Part shown: positions 27,680 to 41,179 of the stretch, piece by piece
How the letters are laid out: every line of letters starts with the position of its first letter
How positions within the stretch are numbered: the stretch's first letter is position 1
Assembly: GCA_964016885.1 (NCBI GenBank)
Contig: OZ024740.1
Location: 424,266,001-424,330,000 of the forward strand
Length of the DNA: 64,000 nucleotides
Reading direction: 5' to 3'
Source: Eledone cirrhosa
Taxonomy: Eukaryota
Notes under the pieces: generated by a model
What the model was told of the DNA's origin: nothing
The model's database searches: none
What the model saw: the letters and a program-made list of their open reading frames with translations, nothing else
Made by a program: the position numbers and the translations under genes

Positions 27680-28572
27680 CAGTATGCGGACGATATTTGT
27701 TCGCAATTTTCAACTGCTAATTTTATGCAAATTTTTTTTACTTCCGTTGTCACTCTTGTCTTCATAAAAACAGTAACTATATTTCCATTATTTATTTTCA
27801 GAATAATTGATTATGAATAATTTTGAACCTCCAAATTTGTGGAAGAGATACGGAGTTCTTCTTAGAATCCGCGCCGGGAGGACAAATAAGACCAGAAGAT
27901 CAACTCCCAGAACAACAGGTGGCTCGCTGTCTCATCCAAAGATGTGCCCAGAGTCATGCAGACAAAAGTGTCCAGCGACAACATTGGTCTTAGGTGTTGT
28001 CAGCAGTCAAGGTGATGCCATGCCACCTCACTTCTTCCCTGAGGGCCTCAAGCTGAACACCGATGGCTACATCCGCGTTCTGAGCGAGGTACTAAAGCCC
28101 TGGATCAACCAGGTAGCTGCAGGTAGCCCGTACGTGTGGCAGCAAGACTCAGCGCCCTGCCATACCAGCTGAAAGACGCAAGCCTGGCTGTCAGAAAACT
28201 TCGTCGACCACACTTCACCTGACATCTGGCCTCCCAGCTCGCCTGACTGCAACCCCCTCGACGTCTTTGTGTGAGGCGCAGTGTTACAAGACACCAACAG
28301 TTCTAGCTGCAATACGAAAGACGATCTGAAGGCCTGGATCACAAGTGCCTTTAGGGGCCTAAGTCGGGGGACAGTGACGAAGGCCTGTATCCAGTTCCGA
28401 GGCCGCCTTGAGGCCGTCATCAAAGCCAATGGCGGGTTTATCAAGTGAGATCGAAAGAACAAGTCATGAAGACAAACTGACCCAAGTTTGATAAATATAT
28501 CTTAAAAAATAAAACTACTGTGTTATATTTTCCTAGACAGTAATCTTGCAAACAAATATCGTCTGCACCCTG
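27680..28572 (+). mobile_element. Tc1/mariner DD37D (maT-type) transposon, internally deleted, defective transposase
   Basis: TA-flanked ~27-bp imperfect TIRs (cagtatgcggacgatatttgttcgcaa / ttgcaaacaaatatcgtctgcaccctg); WQQD-SAPCH...WPPSSPDCNPL-D with 37 positions between the Asps, one now a stop. Confidence 0.9.
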
Positions 28573-28588
28573 TATATATATACATATG

Positions 28589-28640
<52 letters not shown>

Positions 28641-30170
28641 CATATATATATACATATATATATTATTTAAAAGTATGTTTTGCTTTCGGCAAATGGACAT
28701 GTTGAACAACTCAGGTGTATAATCCCTTCAGAGAGAAACAAAGTGAAGAGAACTACCTGCAGGACTCACATCTGCTGTATACCTGAAGGCAGTATTAACC
28801 ACTACACTGAAGAGTTTTTGAGGTATATAACCATTTACTCTATGGGAGTCCAAGAACCAGTTATATTCTTCTAATAATTAATCATTCTCTATATATCCAT
28901 ATATTGGCCTGGGTTGTTTTTTTTAAATTTATGTAAATTTCATTTTCTTTTTCTTCTATTTTTCAGATTCATCAGCAAAAGAGCCCTGACTTAGTGGTTC
29001 AGCAAAACAGAGATTGATAAAATAAATACCAACAAAAGATTAAAACAAATATAAAACGAATATACATGTGTGTGTGTTTCCTGCATGTGCATGAGAATAG
29101 TACTCAATACTGAATTAGAGTTTAAATATTCTTTTTTATGACTAAAGTGGTGAATCTTGTTACTCTGCAGTTTCACCTGTACACACACAAGATCATATAA
29201 TGTGTATGTGTGTAGATATGTGTGTCTGTGTGTGTATGTATATGTGTATAAATATATATAATACAATAATGAAATGATGAATATATACACAGCAACACTT
29301 ACTAGATCAGTATGAACCAAATTAAAAGATGTTATCACTAGGAAGTCATTCTCCACAAAAACCATTTTTTTTTCTTTTATTTCCTCCTCCTCATTTTTTT
29401 GTTAAATGTCTTCTATTTTTGACACGTATGGGTGTTTGTATGCACGTGTGTCTTTCTACATGTGTGTGTGTGTGTATCTGCATGTGTGTGATCACCATCA
29501 CTACTACTGCGACCCACACAACCACTATTATTGCTGTTGCCAGTAATAAATTGTTTTAAGTGGAAGGTTCTTTTATGCTTTAAGTAACATCTACTTCATA
29601 CTATATAATTTTATAATCTCATAATCACTTCATTTTTTAAAAAAAACAGCAACAACAACACAGAATAAGTAAAAAAAACTATATTTTCATCTTCAGTTTA
29701 CTCATTGCTCATTTTAAGAAGTTTTCTCAAAAAAAAAAATTAAATAAGAATAAAAAAGCAGATTACTTTAGTAGAGGAATAAATTAGTAAGTATAAGAGA
29801 TTTGTGAGAAACGCACACACACACATATATATAGAAAAGGTAACCACCAGCATTTAGTAACTACGCTCTGTCAGCTGCTTCTTAAAACCAAACATTTTAT
29901 GTTATAAATACAGGAAAGAATTAAAAATAAATACAAAAATTATATACCTATATATATAGCTATACATACATATATATCTACATACATATGTCATTGTTTT
30001 AATGTCCGCTTTCCCTGCTAATATATACATATATATGTATGTATGTATGTGTGTGTTTGTGTGTATGTACATACACACACATATATATATCATATATTAA
30101 AATTAAGTGAGAAAAAACTCTGCTTATGGGAGTACAAAGAAGATAGACAAAAACATTCTATCTAAACTCG

Positions 30171-30230
<60 letters not shown>

Positions 30231-30232
<2 letters not shown>

Positions 30233-30624
30233 AGTGCTTATACCACTATTAGCCGCTAAAGGGTTCTCTCTAAAAAATGAAAGGTAGGCTGTATGAAGCC
30301 TGCATACGAACAGCAATGTTACATGGCAGAAGATCTGGGCATTGTGTGCAGAGGATATACGCAGACTGGAGAGGAACGAAGCTTGCATGCTCCGCTGGAT
30401 GTGCAATAGTAATATACGTGAATGGCAAAGCATAAACGAACTAAGGGAAAAATTAGAAATAAGAGGGATCGGATGTTGTTTACTCGAGAGAAGACTACGT
30501 TGGTATGGTCACGTGATGCACATGAAAGACGATAACTGTATAAAAAAGTGCAGGGCAATAAAAATAGACGGTAGCCACAGAGTAGGCAGACCCAGAAAAA
30601 CCTGGGACGACTTGATAAATTCCG
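30231..30624 (+). mobile_element. RTE subfamily A fragment (C-terminal coding part, no 3' UTR)
   Basis: LIPLLAAKG...RLRWYGH...GRPRKTWDDLINS; joined tail-to-tail to the next copy. Confidence 0.9.
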
Positions 30625-33568
30625 GACGAGGGGGGGGGTTATTTTTGTTAGAGGTACCTACTGACTGTAGTAGGTTTCACTTTGTACTTAGGTAAGGCGG
30701 GTCTTCTCTATTACGGTGTAGCGCCAAAGATCTCGGTCCAGTGACATTGTCTTGGAGAGGTGTAAGTGTGTGAGGTCGGAATTTATCAAGTCGTCCCAGG
30801 CTTTTCTGGGTCTGCCTACTCCGTAGCTACCGTCTATTTTTATTGCCCTGCACTTTTTTATACAGCTGTCGTCTTTCATGCGCATCACGTGACCGTACCA
30901 ACGTAGTCTTCTCTCGAGTAAACATCTGATCCCTCTTATTTCTAATTTTTCCCTTAGTTCGTTTATGCTTTGCCGTTCACGTATATTACTATTACACATC
31001 CAGCGGAGCATGCAAGCTTCATTCCTCTCCAGTCTGCGTATATCCTCTGCACACAATGCCCAGGTCTTACTGCCATGCAACATTGCTGTTCGTATGCAGG
31101 CATCATACACCCTGCCTTTCATTTTTAGGGAGAACCCTTTAGCGGCTAATAGTGGTATAAGCTCTCTGAACTTTTTCCATCCAGTTCTGACTCTAGCTAC
31201 TGTACTTTCAGAGCACCCTCCACCACTGCTGATTTTGTCACCCAAGTAACTGAAGGTGTCCACTAATTCTATAGAACCATCTGTGCAATGGAATGAGCTA
31301 GTATTCTGTGCGCACTTGCTTCTACTTATTGCACCAGAGCACCGGCCACATATAAAATCTATATTCTTAGATAGCTTACCTGTGATCACACTACATCTTT
31401 TATGCACCCATACTTTGCATTTGGGACATAAAATGGAGTTTCTGCTTACTCCTTTCCTACACACTGAGCATGGCCATTTCCCGGATGGGACCGGTGCCCT
31501 ATTTTCCTTCCTACAAACTAGAACTTTAGTCTTAGACAGGTTAATTTTAAGGCCTTTTGATTCTAGGCCATGCTTCCATGTTTGGAATTTTTTCTCTAGT
31601 TCAGCCATTGATTCAGCTATGAGCATTAGAGTATCTGCGTATAAGAGTTCCCATGGGCAGCCGGTCTTGAACTCCTCTGTTATAGCCTGAAGGGCAATAA
31701 TAAATAGTAGGGGGCTAAGAACGGAGCCCTGATGAACACCAACTTTTATGCTAAACTCTTCACTATATTCGTTGTTAATTCTAACCTTGCTGACTCTTTC
31801 TTTATACATGGCTTGTATAGCTCTCACAAGCCATTCATCAACACCTAGTTTTCTAAGAGCCCTCCAGATAATGGAACGGGGGACTCTGTCAAAGGCTTTC
31901 TCCAAGTCGACAAAAGCTAAGTATAGGGGTTTACTTTTAGCTAGGTACTTCTCCTGTAGTTGTCGTACAACGAAAAGAGCGTCTGTGGTACTTTTACCTG
32001 ACACAAACCTGAACTGCATTTCATCTAGATCAATTCGCTCTCTGATTAGTTGTGCTATTACTTTTTCTGAGACCTTCATGACCTGGTCGATTAATTTAAT
32101 GCCTCTATAGTTACCCCTATCTAGGGCATCTCCTTTACCCTTGTAGCAGTTAATGATGATGCTGCTACGCCAGTCCTTCGGAACAACCCCATTCTGACTT
32201 GGTTTACTATCCGGGTGACCATAGTGTGTCCCACCATTCCAGAAGCTTTCAGCATTTCAGCAACTATTTCCGAAGGCCCAGCCGCCTTACCCGTCTTCAT
32301 ATCTTTGATTGCCTTACTTATTATACTACCTTCGACTATCACTGCTGGTCCCTCTATTGGATCGATGTGGGGGAGACTGTCTTTCTCTCATTTATTCTCC
32401 TCATTTAGTAGCCTTTCGTAGTGACACTTCCAAGCTACCTTCTTATCAGCGTCAGTGACGGCAAGTACACCACCATCATTAAGGACAAACTTCTCCCCGA
32501 CAATATCACGGTTTTCCTTGACACATTGCCTAGTAATCCTGAACACCTCACATTTTTGGTCCTCGCATTGTAGAACATGCTTGAACTTTCTTTCCTCTGC
32601 TTCCCTTCTTACGAAGTACACTTGTCTCCTAGCTTCCCTCCTGGCCACTTGATAGTCTTCTCTACTTCACCCATCTCGCCATACTTTCCAAGCCTGCTTT
32701 TTGGCCTTAATTGACTCCTCCACCTTACTGTTCCACCACCACGTTACTCTCCTCCTGCCTATAGGCCTGCTCCAGCCACAGACTTCATCTGCCGCCATCA
32801 GCAGGTTTGCTTTCAGGAATTCCCACTGTTCCTCTATATTGTACGACTAATTGCTCTTCCTTACCATCGAAAGCATCAAGTAATAAGCTTTTAAATTTAT
32901 TACTGGCTGTGGGGTCCATTAGCTTCCATATTTTTCTCCTGAGGATAGTCCTCTTCTGTTGTCGAGTACGTCTTGTCCTGACTATGAGGTCGCTAATTAT
33001 GAGTCTATGTTGAGAGGTGCATTCTTCATGGGGGAGGGATTTAGTGTTTACAATAGACACTCTGTCACGTCTTCTGGTAAGGATATAATCTACCTGGCTG
33101 GTATGTTCCCCTGATCTGTAGGTGATCAAGTGATTGTCTCGTTTTTTCAAGTTAGTGTTACAGATAGTTAGATTATTTGCATCACAGAATTCCAGGATTC
33201 TGGAGCCTTCCTCATTTCTAGTACCAAACCCATAGCCTCCATGGATTCCGTCATAGCCGTCACAATGTTGTCCAACATGACCATTTAGGTCACCAGCAAT
33301 AATTATATAGTTACTGTCGGTTATTTGGGAGGTAGTGAGCATCAGAATCTCATAGAATCTGTCTTTTATAGCGCCAGGCAGTCCGGATTGGGGTGCGTAC
33401 GCAGATATTACTGTCACAGTAGTTCTATTTAGAACAAGTCTTATTTTAATTATTCTGTCGTTCACTCTATTTACGTCTATTATCGTATCCACCCATCCGC
33501 GGCCGAAACAAAGAGGAGTCCTTGCCTTTTCGTCTGGCAGCATGAGGTGAATTTGTCGTTATCTTTGG
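30625..33568 (-). mobile_element. RTE subfamily A, near full-length, frameshifted, ~280-bp 5' internal deletion, 3' UTR truncated
   Basis: ORFs 32785-33543, 32388-32648, 32121-32342 and 30688-32079 are colinear with 19269-22500. Confidence 0.95.
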
Positions 33569-34141
33569 ACCAGTATATATATAATATATATACTGGTCCA
33601 AAGGACATATATATATATATTTACATTATTGATATTTATAAACTAGGACCCTACTAATATTTTATAAATATATATATATATATATATAAATACAATCATA
33701 TGTGTGTATGTGTGTGAGGGGGCATGTGTGTGTATATTCCTGTTCGATACTGTAAATATGCCACAGAAAAATTAGCCAAACAAAGATTCGAGAGGAATTT
33801 TTGTTACTGGTCCCAGCAAAAATACACATGGGGTAGCCTAGAGAGAGAGAGAGAGAGGGGGGAGAGAGAGGGAGTGAGGGTGTGTGAGAGAGAGCGAAAG
33901 GGGGAATGTGTATGTATGTAAATGTGTTGATGGCCCCAAAAAACATCTGATTAACTACTGATTTGATCTATGGCACCTCATCCAACCCTTACTAGTAGGG
34001 AGAACAGATGTGAAACAATAATGATGATATATTCTTTAACTCTTTTATTGCTTTGAATCATTACACTGTAACCATGCTAGGCCACTGCCCTGGCTTATTT
34101 TTTCAAGACTGGTACTTATTTTATCAAATAAAAGTTATGGG

Positions 34142-34179
<38 letters not shown>

Positions 34180-34530
34180 GGGGTGGAGAGGACCCCTGAG
34201 TCGAGTAAGACAACCTCTCTAGTGATGGTGGCACAAATAAAAGCAGCCAGTCCATGCTGTAAAGTGATTCTGGTACTAGGAAGAGCATCCAACTAGTATA
34301 TTATTAATGACAAATTATGTATATATCTCGACAGTCGATCGACTTTCATCAAATCAGACCGAGGAAACAATATTACCATTGGTCTTACCAATTGCTAATA
34401 CTATCTATCGGTCACAACTCCAGGTAGGAGGAGGTCTCGCTCAAGGACATAACGCATCACCCGGTCCAGGAATCGAACTCACAACCTCACGATTGTGAAT
34501 CCAATTCTCTAAACACGCGCCTTCTCTATA

Positions 34531-34841
34531 ATCATCATCATTTTACGTCCGCTTTTCCCTGCTTGCAAGGGTTGGACGGGTCCTATTCAGCACAGCATCT
34601 CTCCACTTGTCACGGTCCTTCGTCATCTCCTCGGTGAGTTTCAGCGATCTGAGGTCTGCTCTCACCACCTCCGCCCATGTTTTTTCGTGGTCTACCTCTA
34701 CTGCGTCTCCCTTCCACTGGGAATTCCTGGCACTTCTTCACCCAGCGGTCATTCTCCATGCACATCACATGTCCATACCATCTCAGCCTTCTCTCCTGCA
34801 CACCACAACTTATCTCTCTTATACCCAGTTTCTTTCTCAAT
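34531..34841 (-). mobile_element. RTE subfamily C 3' fragment
   Basis: LRKKLGIREISCGVQERRLRWYGH...; terminal stem-loop and (GAT)n. Confidence 0.9.
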
Positions 34842-35225
34842 GTATATATATATAGTTAATTCTGCAACAAATTAGCAAATCATACTCATACACACGTTTC
34901 ATGGAAATGGAAATGATTTTCAACCCATGTATGACCGAAGTGAGTTTGTCAATTTGTCAAAGTGGTTTGCCAATTTGTTGTGGAACTAACTCTATACCGA
35001 ATATAATATATAAACTCATCTGACTAAAAAATTCCATACATATATATAAATTATGTAAGAAAGAGGTAGAAAGTGCATTGCTACCTGTGTATACATGTGG
35101 GACTGTGTGTGTGGTGTTACAACCTGTGTATATGTGTAGGGGAGGGGGTAATAAAATCAAGTAAAAAAAATGATAACAGATAACAATACAATTATAACAA
35201 TATTCCTCGATAGGGAGGGTGTTAG

Positions 35226-35458
35226 GTAGGGGGAGTACCACCCAGGGGTGACTTATGTAGGGGGCAGTACTACTCAGGAGTGACTTATGTAGGGGGCGGT
35301 ACTACTCAGGGATGACTTATGTAGGGGGCAGTACTACTCAGGGATGACTTATGTAGGGAGCAGTACCGCCCAGGGGTGACTTATGTAGGGGGAGTACCAC
35401 TCATGGGTGACTTATGTAGGGGGAGTACCACCCATGGGTGACTTATGTAGGGGGAGTG
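35226..35458. repeat. 31-32-bp G-rich minisatellite, 7+ copies
   Basis: Unit ~ggggtgacttatgtagggggcagtactactca. Confidence 0.95.
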
Positions 35459-35699
35459 CTGCTCAGCATTGACATAGGAACCCCACGGTAGGTGTTGACA
35501 ATAAAATCACATCAAGAGTAATGGAGTCCCCCAAAAATGTGATGATAATAACAAGTGATAAGTGATGATGATGAAACTTATGAGAAGTTAAATACCAGGA
35601 TATGAGGTGTGTGGATGTGGGGGTGTTTAGTAACCCATAAAACCCTATTGTTTGAAACAAATGCTAGAAATAGTAACCAAAATTTTATGGAACAAGTGA

Positions 35700-35850
35700 T
35701 AAGTGATGATGGTGATGATGATGGAGGTGGTGGTGATGAAGGTGGTGGTGATGAAGATGGTGATGGTGAGGGTGGTGGTGATAATAGTGGTGATAATAGT
35801 GATGATGATGGTGATGATAATGATGATGGCGGTGATGGTGGTGGTGATAT
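35700..35850. repeat. (GGT/GAT)n trinucleotide low-complexity tract; larger example at 48537-49075
   Basis: Seen directly. Confidence 0.9.
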
Positions 35851-36761
35851 TCCACCAAATGTATTGGTAACATTGAAGACTATATTATAGAAGAGATTAG
35901 CAGAAAATCTACCCAACAACAGCAGCAACAATAACAATAGCAAAAGTAACAACAACAACAACCAACAAACTACACAGAACAAATAAAAAAGACAAGAGAT
36001 AGACATAGAAAGAGTGGAGATTATTAGCTGACACTTTAATGACTTTCTATATAGGAAACAATAGAATTAGAGAGAGGGGGGTGTATGTGGAAGAGAGTGT
36101 GTGTGTGTGTGAGAGAGAAAGTGTGTGTCTGTGGGTGTGAGAGGTAGAGAAGTATGTATGTGGGGGGAGAGAGTTTGAGAGAAAGAGGTAGGGGGAGAAA
36201 TGGAAGGTGTGTTGGTGTTTGCGTGAGTGTGTGTCTGTGAGAGAGAGAAATGGAAACAGTGTGTGTGAGAGAAAGAGACAGAGAGGTAGAAATGTGATGG
36301 GGGGGTATGTCTATGGGAGAGAGGGTAAAAATGAGAGTAGTGTCTATATATGTGTGAGAGAGAGAGAGAGAAAGAGTCGAGTAAAAATGAGAGGAGAGGG
36401 TAAAATGAGAGTAGTGCATAAATGAGAGAGAGAGGGAGAGAGAGAGAGAGGGAGAGAGAGAGAGGGAGAGAGAGAGAGAGGGAGAGAGAGGGAGAGAGAG
36501 AGAGAGGGAGTGAGAGAAAAAATATATTAAGGAAAGCAATGTTATTAGCTGGAAAACTGCCTTGAGCAAGAAACATTTCAAACAGAACAGTGTTTGGTCT
36601 GGATTAATATATAAAGGCTATGACACACTCAATCAGTGATAGTATGTGTGTGTGTGTGTGTCTTCTATGTGTTGTGTGTACACATACACATCATTAACAG
36701 CATCATCTTTTACATCTCTCTGTAGAGAACCATTACACACACACACTATATATATATATAT

Positions 36762-37100
36762 GGAGGCACATGGCTTAATGGTTAGAGCATTGGCCTTGCA
36801 ATCGAAAGGTTGTGAGTTCAATTCTCAGACCGAGTGATGTGTTGTTTCCTTGAGCAAGACACTTTATTTCACATTGCTCCAGTTTACTCAGCTGTAGAAA
36901 TGAGATGATAGGGACTGGTGTCCCTATCATTCCACTGTAAAGTGGTCGTGGAGGTGCCACGGCAAAAAAGCACGCAGCACTCACTGTAAATGAGGTTGGT
37001 GTTAGGAAGGGCATCCAGCTGTAGAAATCAAGCCAGAATCAGTTCCCGTCCAACCCATGCAAGCAGGGAAAAGCGGACATAAAATGAAATGATAATGAAA
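36762..37100 (+). mobile_element. tRNA-derived, CORE-like SINE family 1, full length, RTE-derived 3' end
   Basis: A box tggcttaatgg, B box gagttcaattc, ccttgagcaagacactt core, then RTE 3' UTR sequence and terminal stem-loop. Confidence 0.9.
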
Positions 37101-37286
37101 ATGATATAGTTACACAACAAACTTTCATAACCTGACACATGTAGTCAAGAAACTAGCTATATAGATGACTAAATATGTTAAATATCTATTAAATAAAAAG
37201 GAGAGCTTAAAATAAAGGATTTCATCTTTAATTCCCTCTTGATGTGTTTAAGTGTAATACACAGATATAAATGAGAACACAAATAT

Positions 37287-37353
<67 letters not shown>

Positions 37354-38571
37354 CAGATTACTTATATAGTGTGGTATATTTTATGGCTCCTACATACCAA
37401 TGGTTGAAATAATTCAAGAGAGAAAGATAGATGATATCCAAGGAGAAACTATGTAAATCTCATTAAAAAATATATGACAACATATAAACAGTCATCAACT
37501 GAACTAACAACCTTCATATTCATTGACTTACCATGTAAATGGTAGACTATACCGAATATTGGGGGGGGGGGGGGCTCTTGGCTCAAGAATACTGGCTCCC
37601 TCATTAATTTTTCAGATCCACCCCTTCCCGGGCCCAGCTCTTATCCCCCACTCCACCACTTATTAAATTTTGCTAATCTATCTCTAGTGAAATTTTATTT
37701 TAAGTGCTAGCATCCCTGTAGATACAGACCCCTTGTACTCTCCGGGAGGTCACTTGCCCCTCTTTAGTACCGAGCTGGACTATGTAGACCCGTCCAGCCC
37801 TTGCTAGCAGGGAAAGAGCATGTTAAATGATGATGATGATGATGATTCAACAAAAATCTGATAACTTTGAAGAATTTAAAAACATCAACATTACAATTGA
37901 TATAATAAACCTTTCTAGTGAACCTAAAAAAAGTAATTTATTAATTACTCTAAAAATCTTATAATTATTTTTCTAGTATATAATTTTACAAGAGGAAATT
38001 AATTCAGGGTTTCCTAAATTATGCAAAATGTTCAGACTGTAAATGTGGTTGGTATTAGCAAGGGTAGAATAAATGACATATAAATACAGGTACTGGAGTA
38101 GATGTGTGGAAAAGAGGGGGTCATTTGTAACTATATAGTTTTAGATGTTCTTGTGTTATAGTCTAGGGTGAATGACTGAAACAACACAACTAAATCACTT
38201 TTTATGGTTGTTGTTGTTCCTTTGTTTTGTTTATGAATAAAATGAAATTGACAATAAATTGATAGTGATATAAGAAAAATACGTGAAATGTATATTGTAT
38301 GTGTGTATTACACCAACACACATATATATATGTGTAGATATATATATATATATATATATATATACGCACGTGATTATATGTATATAGATAGTGATTTCAG
38401 AAAAATATGTGAAATGTTTATCATTGAATGTGCGTGTGTGAGTGAGGATGTTAGATATGAGATTTATTAAATACACACACACACACACACACATGCTAGT
38501 GTCGGAAAAAAAAGCACGTTAAACGGTGGTGATGGTGGTGATGATGATGGTGACAATGGCAATGATGATAT

Positions 38572-38630
<59 letters not shown>

Positions 38631-38640
38631 TTTACAAAAA

Positions 38641-38830
38641 GAAAGGTGTGCTGAAAAGTTCATAGGCTGACAATGAAGAATTGATAGTAGAGCTGTGAAA
38701 TCTTGCATGCATTAATTTCAACTCTTATTAATAACCACATTGCTTCTTTCCATGGACTATGTTGAAAAATAATCCTCATTTGGTCATTCCATGAGAGTAT
38801 CTTGATCAGCCTATGAACTTTTCAACCGAA
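38641..38830. mobile_element. mariner-type MITE
   Basis: Inverted ends gctgaaaagttcataggctga / tcagcctatgaacttttcaac. Confidence 0.7.
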
Positions 38831-39438
38831 CAAACCTTATATATACATACACACTATATGTGTATATATACATAAATATATAAGTACACACATTCACCTA
38901 TGTAAAGAACTTCATCAATGTCTATCATCATTTTTAGTATTATTTAATATTCTCTAGTCTGCTCTTTATTTCAACTCTTCTTTTTTGTCTTTTTTTCCAT
39001 TCTATCAATATTTCTCCATATCCTTCCCTGCTATCTCATTCCCATGTTATATAGGTGTGTGTATGTATGTGAGTATGGGTGTATGTGTATATGTATGTAA
39101 TCAATATATATGTCTCTGGTTTGCAATTGCCTGTATCTTCATAAACATGGCTGAATTGTGTTGTTTTATTTTAATGGCTGCAAATGTCATTTCTTCTTAT
39201 TGCATAATATATAAATAGGGATAAATAAACAGGTAGACTGACAGACAGGAAGGTGACTAGATCGATAGGTATACAGAGAGACAGATATCTAAGTAGGAAG
39301 GGTGTTGTTGCACATATGCTGGTTCCCAAGATTCATAAATGGTTTTGGTTTATTTTGGTTATCATTGCAATAAATGACTTGGACAAATGCATCATCTACA
39401 AGCTGCAAGCATCTACCACTTTGCTTTTGCTATCTATA

Positions 39439-39740
39439 TAAGCATATAGACAATATGCCCCCACACCCTCCCACTGCAAAGTGGTCGTGGAGGTGCCACG
39501 GCAAAAAAAAGCACCCGGCCCACACTATAAAGTGGACGTGTAGGCGCCACGGAAAAAAAGCGCCCAGCACTCACTGTAAATGAGGTTGGTGTTAGGAAGG
39601 GCATCCAGCTGTAGAAATCAAGCCAAAATCAGTTCCTGTATGAGCAAGGCATGGTCAGCCGACCAGACACTGCCCACAACAGGTCAACCCGTCTAACCCA
39701 TGCTAGCATGGAAGAACGGACGTAAAACGGTGATGATGAT
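39439..39740 (+). mobile_element. RTE subfamily B 3' UTR-only insertion
   Basis: Near-identical to 9724-10020. Confidence 0.9.
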
Positions 39741-39774
39741 AAGGAAGTCTAACCCTAACAGGGACCCTGTGCAC

Positions 39775-40332
39775 ACTATATTCCACTGAAGCAGGTGGAG
39801 AAGATCAAGTATCTTGGGGATGTGTTCACGAAGGATAGAAGGTAGAAGGCTGATTTAAGTGCAAGAATTGCAGGAGCAAGTGCCTGCTTCAGCATTTGGT
39901 CATCAGAAGAAGGGAGGTAGGTGTAAAAGCCAAACCCACTATCTTCAATTTGATGTTCGTGCCAAACCATACATATGTTCAAGAGTCTTGGGTAATGACT
40001 GAAAGAATAGTGAATACAAGTAGCCGAAATGGGATTCCTCCAAATGGTCTTGTTATTCGATAGAGTGCGGCGTAGCTCAGAGATCAGAGAGTTGCTTTAG
40101 GTAGAGCTGCTACTTGTCTGAATTGAGAGAACACAGCTCCAACACTATGGACATGTGGTTAGAATTTCTCAGGAGAGAATCACTGGACACATTTTAGGGA
40201 CAAAACTAGAAGGCAGGAGACCCAGGAGTAGACCTCGTGCAAGATAGTTAAATAACATCTGAGTTCAGTTGGTCTCGCCTCTGACAGGACCCATTGGAAG
40301 GAGTGTTTCTGCCCCCACGATCCTCCCAGGAA
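39775..40332 (+). mobile_element. Old RTE-clade LINE 3' fragment of a different lineage
   Basis: LKQVEKIKYLG, ARIAGA, ESWVMTE, QVAEMGFL, YGHVVR, GRRPRSRPRAR remnants. Confidence 0.75.
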
Positions 40333-41179
40333 TAAGTGGGTAAAGAAGGTATATAATATATCTGTGTATGTATATATAATTTCAACATAAATATGGCTAA
40401 TAGTAGTGGTATTTGTGATGGCGGTGGTAGCATCAGCATGAGTAAATATAACAATAATTACAGTGTGGAATGGTTTGGTGGTTTGCTTTGATTACATGGA
40501 CACATCTGGTTTAAACCAATATCTAAGTTGATTACCAAAAACAACAAAAAAGGACTTCCATGTCCAAATATCTTTTCAAGTCATATTTATGGAAGAGACA
40601 TTTACATTTATCTTTAGTAAAAAAAATCTATCAGTTTCATTGATCCTCCCCAAAGTGAGGTGATTTGTCACTTGCTATGTCAAAAACAGCTTAAAACGTT
40701 TTGCTATTTACTATATTTCTTTCAATCTCGGCTTCCAACTCTGTGATGTTTTGAAGCAAAGTATGTGGCCAGGAATGTACACATTCAGGTAAAAAAAGAA
40801 AAACAATATATATATAAGACTTCTGTCTGAAACGTTGAACCCTCCTCCACTTCCTCCAAGCATGAACCTAATATATCTGTGTATTTTTGTATTCCTGTCT
40901 TTTGTTTTGTTTCATTTATTAATTATATATATAAATAGGAAATCCCAGAAAAAAAATCCCACTTTTTATTGATTGGTGTTACTCATGATGGTTAATCGAA
41001 TGTTAAACACATACTTTGATTAGCTTGACTTTCAAAAGTAGATTTTCTATTATCTTATTAAGTTTTAACAAAAAGCATGATAGATAAAGAGATTGCTCTT
41101 TAGATAGGCAAGAAACACAGGGAAACATATGTATAAGACTTAGTTATAGATGATTGATTATTATTATTATTATTATTAA

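Noticed and set aside
35226-35458. CRISPR-like 32-bp periodicity
   Set aside because: Head-to-tail units with no unique spacers, no cas genes, eukaryotic context; a minisatellite
36762-36835. tRNA gene
   Set aside because: A/B boxes run into SINE core and LINE tail; no clean acceptor stem or terminator; multiple diverged copies
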